Source: a virus. From it: DNA of 61,191 nt. A model generated the notes under the pieces. The model saw nothing but the letters and a program-made list of their open reading frames with translations. It was not told where the DNA came from and did not search any database. Below, piece by piece: positions 1 to 8,246 of this stretch. Position 1 is the first letter of the stretch. Each line of letters begins with the position of its first letter. The translations under genes and the position numbers were made by a program. Location: IMG/VR virus record IMGVR_UViG_3300033150_001094, positions 1-61,191 of that record. One strand, written 5' to 3'.

Positions 1-114
1 TGCACAGCAGATGTTCGGGGACCGCGATGCACTTTACTCCGACGAGCGCCAGCACGTGCGTGAGCACTTGAACGCCGCAATTGCGGTAGCCCAAAAGTTG
101 TTTTCCACTGAGGC
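1..114. repeat. terminal direct repeat, left copy (identical to 61078..61191)
   Basis: Bases 1-114 (tgcacagcagatgttcgggg...ttttccactgaggc) recur exactly as the last 114 bases of the window. This is the typical overlap of a circularly closed contig. Confidence 0.95.
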
Positions 115-166
115 TGACGGCTTGCGTGAAAGGGATTCCGACACCGAATCTCAATCGGAGCGCTGA
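2..166 (+). CDS. hypothetical protein, C-terminal part (ORF starts at 61022 and crosses the circular junction)
   Basis: Frame 2 reads AQQMFGDRDALYSDERQHVREHLNAAIAVAQKLFSTEADGLRERDSDTESQSER*. It is in phase with the ATG at 61022 once the 114-nt overlap is collapsed (72 aa in total). Confidence 0.5.
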   Translation, partial: AQQMFGDRDALYSDERQHVREHLNAAIAVAQKLFSTEADGLRERDSDTESQSER

Positions 167-175
167 AATCCTCCC

Positions 176-769
176 ATGGATGCCATGTGCAAACCCAAGA
201 CCTGCCTTAACTGCGCCGATTACGACAACGGCAGATGCCCTCGCTTGCGCGAGTTTTCCGGCACGACGATGTGGCTGGAAGTCGGCGCAAAGATCGGGCA
301 TTGCGGGAAATGGGGCCGAAAGATGGCAAAAGATCCAAAAACCGTCTGCGCTGATCTTGATGTTGCGGAAAAAGGAAAAGCAATGCATGTTGCAGTATTT
401 CAGAGAATAGCTCAATTAGTATATGAGACTGCGCGACTGGAAGCATGGCTGATGGACCGGCGTATTCCCGCGGAGCCATGGTGGGAACGTGACGAAGACT
501 TCCGCCAGCGATTTTGCGACAAGCTGACGGACATACTAACGGGGGCCGAGATTCCCGATCCAGAAAAAGCTCACGAGGAATGGGTAAAAGAGCACAAGGA
601 AAAGGGATGGACTTACGGCCCGAAACTAGACCTAGAGGCCAAGACGCATCCGAATATGGTGCCCTACGACCAGTTGCCGGCGGCCGAACGCGAAAGGGAT
701 GCGGTTTTCCTGGCCATTGTGCAGATGGCCCGCAACTTGCTTGTCATTTATGCGTCCAGCGATGAGTAA
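176..769 (+). CDS. RyR-domain protein with Cys-rich N-terminus
   Basis: 197-aa ORF. AHEEWVKEHKEKGWTYGPKLDLEAKTHPNMVPYDQLPAAERERD fits the RyR-domain signature (W...GW.YG....K.HP..VPY..L...E). The N-terminus has CKPKTCLNC..C and HCGKW. The true start may be an internal Met. Confidence 0.65.
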   Translation: MDAMCKPKTCLNCADYDNGRCPRLREFSGTTMWLEVGAKIGHCGKWGRKMAKDPKTVCADLDVAEKGKAMHVAVFQRIAQLVYETARLEAWLMDRRIPAEPWWERDEDFRQRFCDKLTDILTGAEIPDPEKAHEEWVKEHKEKGWTYGPKLDLEAKTHPNMVPYDQLPAAERERDAVFLAIVQMARNLLVIYASSDE

Positions 770-953
770 CTGCGAGCAGTACCGTTGGATCGGGCGGCGG
801 CGACTGCCTGAGCGACACGGCCGGCGGTGTTGGCTGCTTAAAGCACATCGAGGCAAGTTTCTGTTGCAGTTCGAGGACGGTTTTCGTGTTGTCACTGTGC
901 GTGGTACGTTTCGACGCGTGGTGGCGGCAAAACGTGGACAGTGTGACTGTTGA
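762..953 (+). CDS. hypothetical small protein (63 aa)
   Basis: The ATG at 762 overlaps the end of the preceding gene (GATGAGTAA). It fills the gap before the next gene. No recognisable motif. Confidence 0.3.
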   Translation: MSNCEQYRWIGRRRLPERHGRRCWLLKAHRGKFLLQFEDGFRVVTVRGTFRRVVAAKRGQCDC

Positions 954-974
954 TCCGAAAGCGGCACAGGAACG

Positions 975-1739
975 ATGAGCAGAACAAAATCGCTCACGGA
1001 ACAGACGATCTTTGAGTTGCTTAAGCGTCGTTGGCCATGGCCCGGCTATGTCGTGTTGCCACAGGTGGCGAACTGTACTGGGGATGCTTGCCGCCGATAC
1101 GCAGACGCGGTGGTTCTCAGCGTGTATCCGTCGCGCGGCATCTATGCGATAGGTGTTGAAATCAAAGTTTCACGGTCCGACTGGCAAAAAGAGTTGGCCG
1201 ATCCAGAAAAGGCGGAAGCTATCTTGAAGCATTGCCTTTACTGGTACGTTGCGGCACCGAAAAAACTGATTGATCCGGCAGAAGTGCCAGAGAAGTGGGG
1301 GCTGATTGAGTGCGATGGCCGCGGCACACGCATTGCCAAGCGAGCGCCGAGACTGATGACGGCACCGCTATCCTGGGAGTTTGTGGCGGCGATCACAAGG
1401 CGGCTGGCCGAGAACGTGGTCACCAGAGAGGAGCACGAGCGCCGACTGCAAGAGGAGCGCGACAGGTGCGCAGAGGACGCCCAAAAAGCGATGAAGTTAC
1501 GCGAGGTCCAGTATCGCCTGCGAATGTTGGAGTGTGCTGTGTCTGCTTTTGAGAAGGCATCTGGCGTGAAAATTACCGACCGATGGGAAGGGGAACCAAT
1601 CGGCGAAGCTGTCGCCGAAATACTCAAGGCACGGAAAGTCGACGGGTACAGTGACACGATTGGACATGTGATCCAAATCTTGCGAGACGTTATTGCTTCG
1701 CTGGAGCAAACAAAAACAGTGCTGGAACGAAGTGCATAA
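975..1739 (+). CDS. PD-(D/E)XK nuclease-fold protein (MmcB-like)
   Basis: 254 aa. ...YADAVVLS-x11-GVEIKVSRSDW... gives a D...ExK core near the N-terminus. The C-terminal half is coiled-coil-like. Confidence 0.5.
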   Translation: MSRTKSLTEQTIFELLKRRWPWPGYVVLPQVANCTGDACRRYADAVVLSVYPSRGIYAIGVEIKVSRSDWQKELADPEKAEAILKHCLYWYVAAPKKLIDPAEVPEKWGLIECDGRGTRIAKRAPRLMTAPLSWEFVAAITRRLAENVVTREEHERRLQEERDRCAEDAQKAMKLREVQYRLRMLECAVSAFEKASGVKITDRWEGEPIGEAVAEILKARKVDGYSDTIGHVIQILRDVIASLEQTKTVLERSA

Positions 1740-1751
1740 AAGGGTAGCTGT

Positions 1752-2429
1752 ATGATCGCGCTTGATACCATAAAGTGCCGTTGGAAGGTGCCGTGGCCGG
1801 AAGTCCAGGACAGGGAATGGCACACAACAGATTTGATTTGCCGCCAAGGGTTGTTTGAGCTGCGTGAGGATGGCACGCTATGGCACTACGTGCATGATAC
1901 CCAATACGAGGAAGACGACTCCTCGCCATCAGGCTGCAAGATGACGCAGGAGAATTTCCGGTGGCAACCCCACCTGCATGACGGCGTGCTGCGCATCTAT
2001 ACCACGCGTGTTAAGGAGACGGAATGGACGCGGTATTGGCTTCAACTGTGGATGCGCAATGGCAAGGTGCGTGATGTGATACCTACGAAGCAGACAGAAG
2101 AAATTCGTGCCGAATCAGAGAATGGTCAACGTGGCGGCAGCGAAGGAAAGCATCTAAAGCAAGTGGTGTTCAGGAGCAATGTGGCAGCCAATCAATGGCG
2201 GTGCATATGCCTTGATGGCGACGAATACGCTGTGTCCGTGACGTACACGGCGAACCCCAGGACAGCGGCTGACGTGATCCAAGAATGTGCCGAGGAAGGC
2301 AGAACAGTTGCGTTGCTGGAACCTGGGGGCGAAAGGTCCACGGTCGAAGAATACGAGTTTCGACTTACTGTGCCTCCAAGCGAGGAAAGCGAAGTGATTG
2401 ACGCGTGCCGAGAATGGGCGAATAGATGA
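1752..2429 (+). CDS. hypothetical protein
   Basis: 225-aa ORF. Its stop overlaps the start of the next gene (ATGA). No motif recognised. Confidence 0.55.
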   Translation: MIALDTIKCRWKVPWPEVQDREWHTTDLICRQGLFELREDGTLWHYVHDTQYEEDDSSPSGCKMTQENFRWQPHLHDGVLRIYTTRVKETEWTRYWLQLWMRNGKVRDVIPTKQTEEIRAESENGQRGGSEGKHLKQVVFRSNVAANQWRCICLDGDEYAVSVTYTANPRTAADVIQECAEEGRTVALLEPGGERSTVEEYEFRLTVPPSEESEVIDACREWANR

Positions 2430-3886
2430 CAGACTGGAGTTTGCTCGAAGGCGACGTGTTCGAGAGGCTAGCGGAAATCGAGACCGGCAGCGTGCATTGT
2501 TGTATCACAAGCCCGCCGTATTACCATTTGCGGAGCTACCTGCCGGAAAACCATCCCTCTAAAGCCAAAGAGCTTGGCAATGAGCCAACAGTGGAAGAAT
2601 ACATCGAGAACCAAGTGAGGGTATTCCGGGAGGTGCGACGCGCCATGCACCACACTGGACTGCTATTCATCAACATCGGCGATAGCCGCAATGCCAGCAG
2701 CCGGGCAGGACATGGAACCTTGACGCCCAAGCAAGCCACAAACGCTCACGCACCAGATGATAGGCCGTCGGACCGTGGCCGACGAGATGGTGAACCACTC
2801 AACGTGCCGTGGCGGTTACTGGATGCCTTGAGGGCTGACGGATGGCGATATGTGCAAGAAATCGTGTGGGTCAAACCCTCTGTCATGCCTGAAAGTGTTC
2901 AAGGGTGGCGGTGGGAACGATGCAGAGTGAAAATTGCACCCGGAAACATTCCATCTGGCCGGAAGGTTGGACGCAATCGCCAGAGGTTCCCTGATGTCGC
3001 GGCCGGCAAAAACCCAGAAGGACTTGCCAAGTGGGCAGAGTGTCCTGGGTGTCCAAAATGTGAAGCTACTGGCGGCTGGGTACTAAGACGCGGGCGAGGT
3101 AGATGCACAACATCACATGAGTACGTGTTGGTGTTCGCCGCAAGCGACCGCTACTTCTGGAACAGCGCGGAGTTTCGGGAGCCAGCCACGCCTGCCGTAA
3201 GGGTTGTCAAAGGCAAGAGTGGTTCGTTGGGGCAGGCTGTGGCGTCCGGCAGGAAGCCTAGTGGCAATGCTGTGCCGGGATCGGTGATGAAGACAGGAAG
3301 CACCAGAAATCCACGGACAACATGGCAGATTGGCCCCGAACCGTCCGCCGAGCATCACTTCGCAGCATTCCCATCCGAACTGGCCCGGCGCTGCATCCTG
3401 GCAGGCACAAGCTCCGGCGGCTGCTGTCCGGTATGCGGAACACCGTGGGCGCCGATGGTGGACAAGCAATCCCCAGCGTTGACTTACAACGAGTGGTTGG
3501 CACAAAAGGGAAGCAGATACAAAGACGATGGCTATGGCCGGGAACCCGGCTCGCATCGAGGCTATGGCGGTGCAGTGGTCCAGTATTACAAGGAGATGTT
3601 CGGCGATCCCGCCGGGCCGCCACCGGCGCATATTGTGGGATACCGGCCGTGTTGTGAATGCGGCGCGGAAGCAGCGATTCCCTGCCTGGTGCTTGATCCG
3701 TACGCAGGAACAGGCACCGTGTTGCAGGTGGCTCGTCACTTGGGCAGGCGCTCCATAGGTATCGAACTCAATCCTGACTACATCGAAATTGCCCGACGCA
3801 AGATTCCTCAAGTGCCACGTTGCTTCCAAAGGGCTGCGAGAAAGACTGCGACACAGTGCGCACCAAGCCAGAGAACATTGTTTTGA
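2426..3886 (+). CDS. DNA methyltransferase, beta-class N4-C/N6-A type (SPPY motif)
   Basis: 486 aa. Motif IV is CCITSPPYYHL near the N-terminus and AdoMet motif I is VLDPYAGTGTV near the C-terminus (order IV then I). Cys clusters (CPGCPKC, CCPVCG, CCECG) are inserted between them. Confidence 0.85.
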   Translation: MTDWSLLEGDVFERLAEIETGSVHCCITSPPYYHLRSYLPENHPSKAKELGNEPTVEEYIENQVRVFREVRRAMHHTGLLFINIGDSRNASSRAGHGTLTPKQATNAHAPDDRPSDRGRRDGEPLNVPWRLLDALRADGWRYVQEIVWVKPSVMPESVQGWRWERCRVKIAPGNIPSGRKVGRNRQRFPDVAAGKNPEGLAKWAECPGCPKCEATGGWVLRRGRGRCTTSHEYVLVFAASDRYFWNSAEFREPATPAVRVVKGKSGSLGQAVASGRKPSGNAVPGSVMKTGSTRNPRTTWQIGPEPSAEHHFAAFPSELARRCILAGTSSGGCCPVCGTPWAPMVDKQSPALTYNEWLAQKGSRYKDDGYGREPGSHRGYGGAVVQYYKEMFGDPAGPPPAHIVGYRPCCECGAEAAIPCLVLDPYAGTGTVLQVARHLGRRSIGIELNPDYIEIARRKIPQVPRCFQRAARKTATQCAPSQRTLF

Positions 3887-3894
3887 GGGTGACG

Positions 3895-4422
3895 ATGAGC
3901 TGGCACGCGTTTGTACAGTGGCGAACTGCAAACAGAGCCAAGGTGTGCAAATTGCTTGCCCGCCTAGAAGCGGCCCTTGAGTCCGAGGACGCCGAAGCAG
4001 TCGAGGCGGCGGTGCGGAAATTTGTGTACGAGCTGGAAACCGCGGGCGGGATGGACGAGTTTGCGTACGATTCATTGGAACGCCTATCAACCAGCACAGT
4101 CTGGGAGTACGTCTGGCAACCCTACAGCGAAGCCGTCAAGTCAATTCTCGCCAACTACAAAGTCCAGGACATGTTTTACAACAAGAACCTTGTGTATGGC
4201 ATCAACTGGGCGATTGTGTGGTGGGATACGGTCAAAAATGCAACGCCTGGCCATGAGGCCGAGGTATGGATGGAAGTGGGAAGACACGCACAAGAAACAC
4301 TGAACAGCGACGTGACGACAAACGAGCGGGTGATGATAGAGACGATCAAGGAAATGGCAGGCACATCGTTACGAGCAACCAGACAGGCCGAGTGTTCCAC
4401 GCGGCGCGTGTTTGAAGCATAA
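3895..4422 (+). CDS. hypothetical helical protein
   Basis: First ATG after the methyltransferase stop (MSWHAFVQWRTA...). The ORF-track start at 3820 would overlap the methyltransferase. Confidence 0.5.
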   Translation: MSWHAFVQWRTANRAKVCKLLARLEAALESEDAEAVEAAVRKFVYELETAGGMDEFAYDSLERLSTSTVWEYVWQPYSEAVKSILANYKVQDMFYNKNLVYGINWAIVWWDTVKNATPGHEAEVWMEVGRHAQETLNSDVTTNERVMIETIKEMAGTSLRATRQAECSTRRVFEA

Positions 4423-4440
4423 CCCAACAGGAGGCAAAGC

Positions 4441-4899
4441 ATGACCCCCGAAGAATTGCAAATTGTCACCAACGAAGTGATGGCCCAAATGCTTGAGATA
4501 TGTGAACGGGCTCAAGCATACGGCAACACTGAAGTCGTGGCGGTGGTGGTGGGCCAGCTGAGAGCCAGCGTGGCGGGCCACGCAATGCGAGCCATCTCTC
4601 GGCATCTGTTGCTGGAACTCACCCGTGCCGATGAATCCTGGAAAGACACGCTAGTAGAAAGGATAGCCAGCGTATGCGAGCGCGAGGGACTAGACCCAGA
4701 CGACATTGACATGGAGCAGAACGTGCCCTGGGAGCAAATCTGGCTGGGCATTGTGATTGACTTGCCCGCGGACAAACGGCGGCAGTTCTGGATGACAACC
4801 TGTGAATGTCTGATCGAGCAACTGCGTAGCGCGTTGGCTCAGCACAATGGGAAAACGTCTGGCCCTTTTACAAGAAAGGAGAGAAATAATGGCCGGTAA
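4441..4899 (+). CDS. hypothetical helical protein, member of an early paralogue set
   Basis: 152 aa. DPDDIDMEQNVPWEQIWLGIV... parallels DLDDADKEGRLPWEVVWMGTA... in 5159..5614. Confidence 0.55.
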   Translation: MTPEELQIVTNEVMAQMLEICERAQAYGNTEVVAVVVGQLRASVAGHAMRAISRHLLLELTRADESWKDTLVERIASVCEREGLDPDDIDMEQNVPWEQIWLGIVIDLPADKRRQFWMTTCECLIEQLRSALAQHNGKTSGPFTRKERNNGR

Positions 4900-5146
4900 G
4901 TACACAAGCACGCCACAAGGCGACAACGAAGCAAGGCCAGACTTTGGCAACGCGATGTTTTGGGGCATTGCGGTCCTCATCATCTTGGGCGCTGTTTTGC
5001 TGGTGAACTGCGGGTTGCAGCGCGAGCACGAGCGATACTTGCAACAGCAGATGTTCCGAAGGCAGCGCGAGATGGAACGGCAAGAACGAATCTGGGAACT
5101 CCAAAAGGCCGTGCTGGAAGAAGGCGGCGTGTACGACTTTGACTGA
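4889..5146 (+). CDS. small membrane protein
   Basis: The ATG at 4889 is preceded by AAAGGAGAG. One hydrophobic helix (FWGIAVLIILGAVLLV) is followed by a charged coiled tail. Confidence 0.5.
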   Translation: MAGKYTSTPQGDNEARPDFGNAMFWGIAVLIILGAVLLVNCGLQREHERYLQQQMFRRQREMERQERIWELQKAVLEEGGVYDFD

Positions 5147-5158
5147 AAGGAGGAGATT

Positions 5159-5614
5159 GTGACCATGACCGACGTGGCGCTTTTTGAGGACGCGCTCGAG
5201 CGCAAAGACACGCACGCCATTGCCTTGTACACAGGCATGTTGGTGGCGTGCGTGCGAGACGAAAAGGTATTGCGGCGACTGTGCCGGGAGATGGCAATTG
5301 GCGTGCGGGATCGCACTGGCAGCTGGTATTGTGATCTCGTTGGCAGGGCCATGTGCCGTGTGCTCGATTTCAATGCAACCGCCGGCGACCTCGACGATGC
5401 AGACAAGGAAGGCCGATTGCCATGGGAAGTCGTTTGGATGGGCACCGCGCAATTGGTCAGCAAAGAGCCTCAAGAACGCGTAACGGAGTACTGGGAAAAG
5501 CTCGCTGATACCATCATTGAGCTGTTCAAAATAAGGGACGCTGGACCAGAGCAAGGGAAATCCGAGCAGCAAGGGGAAGAGCCGTGCCCAGAGAAACCGG
5601 ATACTACATCCTGA
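5159..5614 (+). CDS. hypothetical helical protein, paralogue of 4441..4899
   Basis: 151 aa. Shares the D.DD.D.E...PWE..W.G motif and has an acidic C-terminus. Confidence 0.55.
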   Translation: MTMTDVALFEDALERKDTHAIALYTGMLVACVRDEKVLRRLCREMAIGVRDRTGSWYCDLVGRAMCRVLDFNATAGDLDDADKEGRLPWEVVWMGTAQLVSKEPQERVTEYWEKLADTIIELFKIRDAGPEQGKSEQQGEEPCPEKPDTTS

Positions 5615-6048
5615 AAAAGCTCCGGGTGTCCGACGTGTCCACCCTGTTGCGACTCCATCAGGGCCTTTTGTACGCCCGGCAAATCAAGAAAAGCATGACG
5701 GCTGCGTATCTGCTGGCAATGCTGCTTGACGAACTGAACAAGATTGACCCCAAAGCAGCCGTCGACATGATTGCTGGTATGCTGGAACGGATCGTCAATC
5801 GCGGCGGCCAGCACGGACGCATCTTGGTGAAGTCTGCCGTCCAGGAAGCCACGGCATACCGAGACCTTCGAGAGTTGAAGGCATCGGAGGACTGCGATTC
5901 CTGGCACTGGTGGGCTACGTTGTGGGAGTTGCTGATGCAATGCCCGTGGGACCGCGAGCAGAAAGTCTTCGACCACATCTTCAAGTACGCCGAGGAGTGG
6001 TTGGAGGCAAACCTGGGCTATCACGGAATAGAGTGCGATGAACCCTGA
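5584..6048 (+). CDS. hypothetical helical protein
   Basis: 154 aa with a GTG start. The Trp-rich segment DSWHWWATLWELLMQCPWDREQ is reminiscent of the two preceding genes. Confidence 0.45.
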   Translation: MPRETGYYILKKLRVSDVSTLLRLHQGLLYARQIKKSMTAAYLLAMLLDELNKIDPKAAVDMIAGMLERIVNRGGQHGRILVKSAVQEATAYRDLRELKASEDCDSWHWWATLWELLMQCPWDREQKVFDHIFKYAEEWLEANLGYHGIECDEP

Positions 6049-6499
6049 TGCTCCCAAAATCCTGGCGATTGACCCCGGCCGCACTTGCGGTTGGGCTCAT
6101 TCCGACGGCATGAGCGGCACCTGGGACTTGCGGCGCCGAAGGGATGAAAGCAGCGGCATGGCCCTAGTGCGGCTGACAGCCAAATTGTGCGAGCTCCACA
6201 AAGCACTTGGCGTCGATATCGTCGTCTTCGAGGCCGCCAGAGCCGCCCGGAACTTTACGGGGCTGGTTTCCGTAGCAGAAATCCAGGGCGCCATCAAACT
6301 TTGGTGTGAACACCGTGCCATCCCCTACAAGGGGTATTCGCCATCGGAAGTCAAACGGATGGCAACAGGCAAGGGGAACGCCAAGAAGGACGAGGTGTTC
6401 GACGCCGCCCGCCGGGAATGGCCTGAAATCAACATCGTGGATCACAACCACGCAGACGCATTATGGCTGCTACAGCTGGCGAAAAACGAGATCGGTTGA
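6038..6499 (+). CDS. ruvC: RuvC-like Holliday junction resolvase
   Basis: 153 aa. Has ILAIDPGRTCGWA (catalytic Asp), VVFEAAR and C-terminal DHNHADALWLL. Confidence 0.7.
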   Translation: MNPDAPKILAIDPGRTCGWAHSDGMSGTWDLRRRRDESSGMALVRLTAKLCELHKALGVDIVVFEAARAARNFTGLVSVAEIQGAIKLWCEHRAIPYKGYSPSEVKRMATGKGNAKKDEVFDAARREWPEINIVDHNHADALWLLQLAKNEIG

Positions 6500-6729
6500 G
6501 CGTGTGCCGGAACTGTGGATTGGTGCTTCAAGGCACCCCCACACCCTTGACGCTACCCATTTGCCCGGTCTGTGCCAAGGCCGTGCGAAACCTCAACGCC
6601 TATACGATCTTGAAGCCCTATGCCAAAAAGACCAGGAACATGGCGATGCCCGCATTGCGGCGCGGTGATATTGGACAAGCCGGAATACGTTACAATCCAC
6701 CTGCGGGGCAGCCCCCGATGTCTCAATAG
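6496..6729 (+). CDS. small zinc-ribbon protein
   Basis: CRNCG...CPVC pair. TTG/GTG start at the RuvC stop. The tail overlaps the next ORF. Confidence 0.35.
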   Translation: MSVCRNCGLVLQGTPTPLTLPICPVCAKAVRNLNAYTILKPYAKKTRNMAMPALRRGDIGQAGIRYNPPAGQPPMSQ

Positions 6730-6961
6730 CCCCGAAAATCAACGGTACTTCGTGCAGGTCGGCGTGGTCTATCTCCACGTCAAAACTCTTCAAGTCGCGT
6801 CCACCCGCGTGCCGGGCACCAACCCCGACCAATACTCCGCAGCCGTCCGCGGTATACAACCAGAAGGATGGATTACCCACGTCCTCCAGCCAACCAGAAC
6901 CGACGCCAAACATGCTATCGACGAAGCCAAGACAAAGTGTGCTGCCATACTACGGAGGTAA
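6620..6961 (+). CDS. hypothetical protein with CxxC...C motif
   Basis: 113 aa (WRCPHCG...SPRC). Overlaps its neighbours on both sides. Confidence 0.4.
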   Translation: MPKRPGTWRCPHCGAVILDKPEYVTIHLRGSPRCLNSPENQRYFVQVGVVYLHVKTLQVASTRVPGTNPDQYSAAVRGIQPEGWITHVLQPTRTDAKHAIDEAKTKCAAILRR

Positions 6962-7760
6962 GGTGTTCCTCCTCAACGAGATCGTGCCTTTGCTAGACGC
7001 CAACCCGCACACCACTTACGTCGAACCCTTCGGCGGCGGTGCCAGCATTCTGCTCCATAAGCGCCCCGCCACCAACGAAGTCTACAACGACCTAGACGAT
7101 AACCTCTACGCCCTCATCAAAACCCTCTCCGACCCCCTCAAAGGCCGCCAACTCCAACGCCGCCTCCACTTCACCCTCCACTGCCGCAAACTCTACGAAG
7201 AAGCACGACAACAACTCAAGAAACCTAACCTCCACACTTACCAACGCGCCTTCTACTTCTACATCGTCCTGCTCAACTCCTTCGCCCGAAAGCCCGGCCA
7301 CGGCTTCCGTATCTCTAAGTCCCATACCTCCGTCGCCCAAGGCTACAGAAACCAAATCAGCAAACTGCATACCATCATCAATAGACTCAAACACGTCACC
7401 GTCGAACACCTCGACTTCCAGCAAGTTATCACCCGCTACGACTCCCCCTCCACCATCTTCTACATCGACCCACCATACCACCCAGATACCAGACCCACCG
7501 CCCCCAAATGCTACCACCACGAAATGTCCCACCAAGATCACCTAAGACTCACCAACACCCTCCTCAATATCAAAGGCCGCGCTATCCTCTCCTGCTACTT
7601 CCACCACGCATACCAACCACTCATCGACCTCAAACACTACTCCCGTATCGACCTCAAACATACCCCCAAAACCCTCAACCCCAATAACCCACCACGCACC
7701 GAAACCCTCCTCATCCACCCAGATATCATCAAACCCCAACCGACACTCCCAAACTTCTAA
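6912..7760 (+). CDS. dam: Dam-type (D12 class) N6-adenine DNA methyltransferase
   Basis: LPYYGGK, EPFGGGAS (motif I) and FYIDPPY (motif IV). The sense strand is extremely G-poor from about 7000 onward. Confidence 0.85.
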   Translation: MLSTKPRQSVLPYYGGKVFLLNEIVPLLDANPHTTYVEPFGGGASILLHKRPATNEVYNDLDDNLYALIKTLSDPLKGRQLQRRLHFTLHCRKLYEEARQQLKKPNLHTYQRAFYFYIVLLNSFARKPGHGFRISKSHTSVAQGYRNQISKLHTIINRLKHVTVEHLDFQQVITRYDSPSTIFYIDPPYHPDTRPTAPKCYHHEMSHQDHLRLTNTLLNIKGRAILSCYFHHAYQPLIDLKHYSRIDLKHTPKTLNPNNPPRTETLLIHPDIIKPQPTLPNF

Positions 7761-7791
7761 CGCCCACACCCCCCCAGGCCCACACCCCCCG

Positions 7792-7880
7792 ATCCCGCAC
7801 ACCCCGATTCTTCACACCCGACTTTCACGCCCCCATTTTTGCACGCCCTGATTCTTCACACCCTGATTTTTTCACGCTGG
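7792..7880 (+). repeat. degenerate 14-16-nt direct repeats (iteron-like)
   Basis: GATTCTTCACACCC (7806 and 7850), GACTTTCACGCCC (7820), CATTTTTGCACGCCC (7834) and GATTTTTTCACGC (7865). They are preceded by ATCCCGCACACCCCGATTC, which resembles the promoter-like motif. Confidence 0.6.
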
Positions 7881-7971
7881 AAAGAGGGGAATCTCATCTA
7901 AGGCCCGGCAACTGGCTTGGGGGGCCTCCCCCCCCATCGGTTGTTGGTCTGAGTGCGATTGTGTGGGGTAT

Positions 7972-8005
7972 AAAAAACCCCCCAGGAGCCATAGCTCCCA
8001 GGGGG
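7972..8005 (-). terminator. intrinsic terminator of cassette A
   Basis: On the minus strand an imperfect GC-rich hairpin (CCCCCUGGGAGC-UAUG-GCUCCUGGGGGG, 5-bp core plus 3 G-C pairs across an internal loop) is followed by UUUUUU. Confidence 0.65.
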
Positions 8006-8027
8006 TGGTAGGGGGGAGAAATATGGG

Positions 8028-8246
8028 CTAGTTGGAAATCGATTCGTAGTAGTCAACAGCCTTGGCAATGTGTTTGAAAAGCCATTTGATTCGGGCGTCT
8101 TTCTTCAGCGCCCTGATGATAGCACCGCGGAGTTCATCCGGTCCCTCCATAGTGTGGGTGTCACCGTTGGCGTTAATAAAGCCCACCAATTCTCCTTGCA
8201 CATACACAGAAATCCCCAAAACATAGGTGATTTCAATGCGAGCCAT
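8028..8246 (-). CDS. cassette A protein (72 aa, hypothetical)
   Basis: MARIEITYVLG... with SD AAGGAGA upstream. It has its own promoter-like motif and terminator. Confidence 0.6.
   Translation of the reverse strand: MARIEITYVLGISVYVQGELVGFINANGDTHTMEGPDELRGAIIRALKKDARIKWLFKHIAKAVDYYESISN

Noticed and set aside
7092-7541. A 149-aa minus-strand ORF rich in G/V/D/E.
   Set aside because: It is the antisense shadow of the G-depleted dam gene. Its composition follows directly from the complementary C-rich strand.
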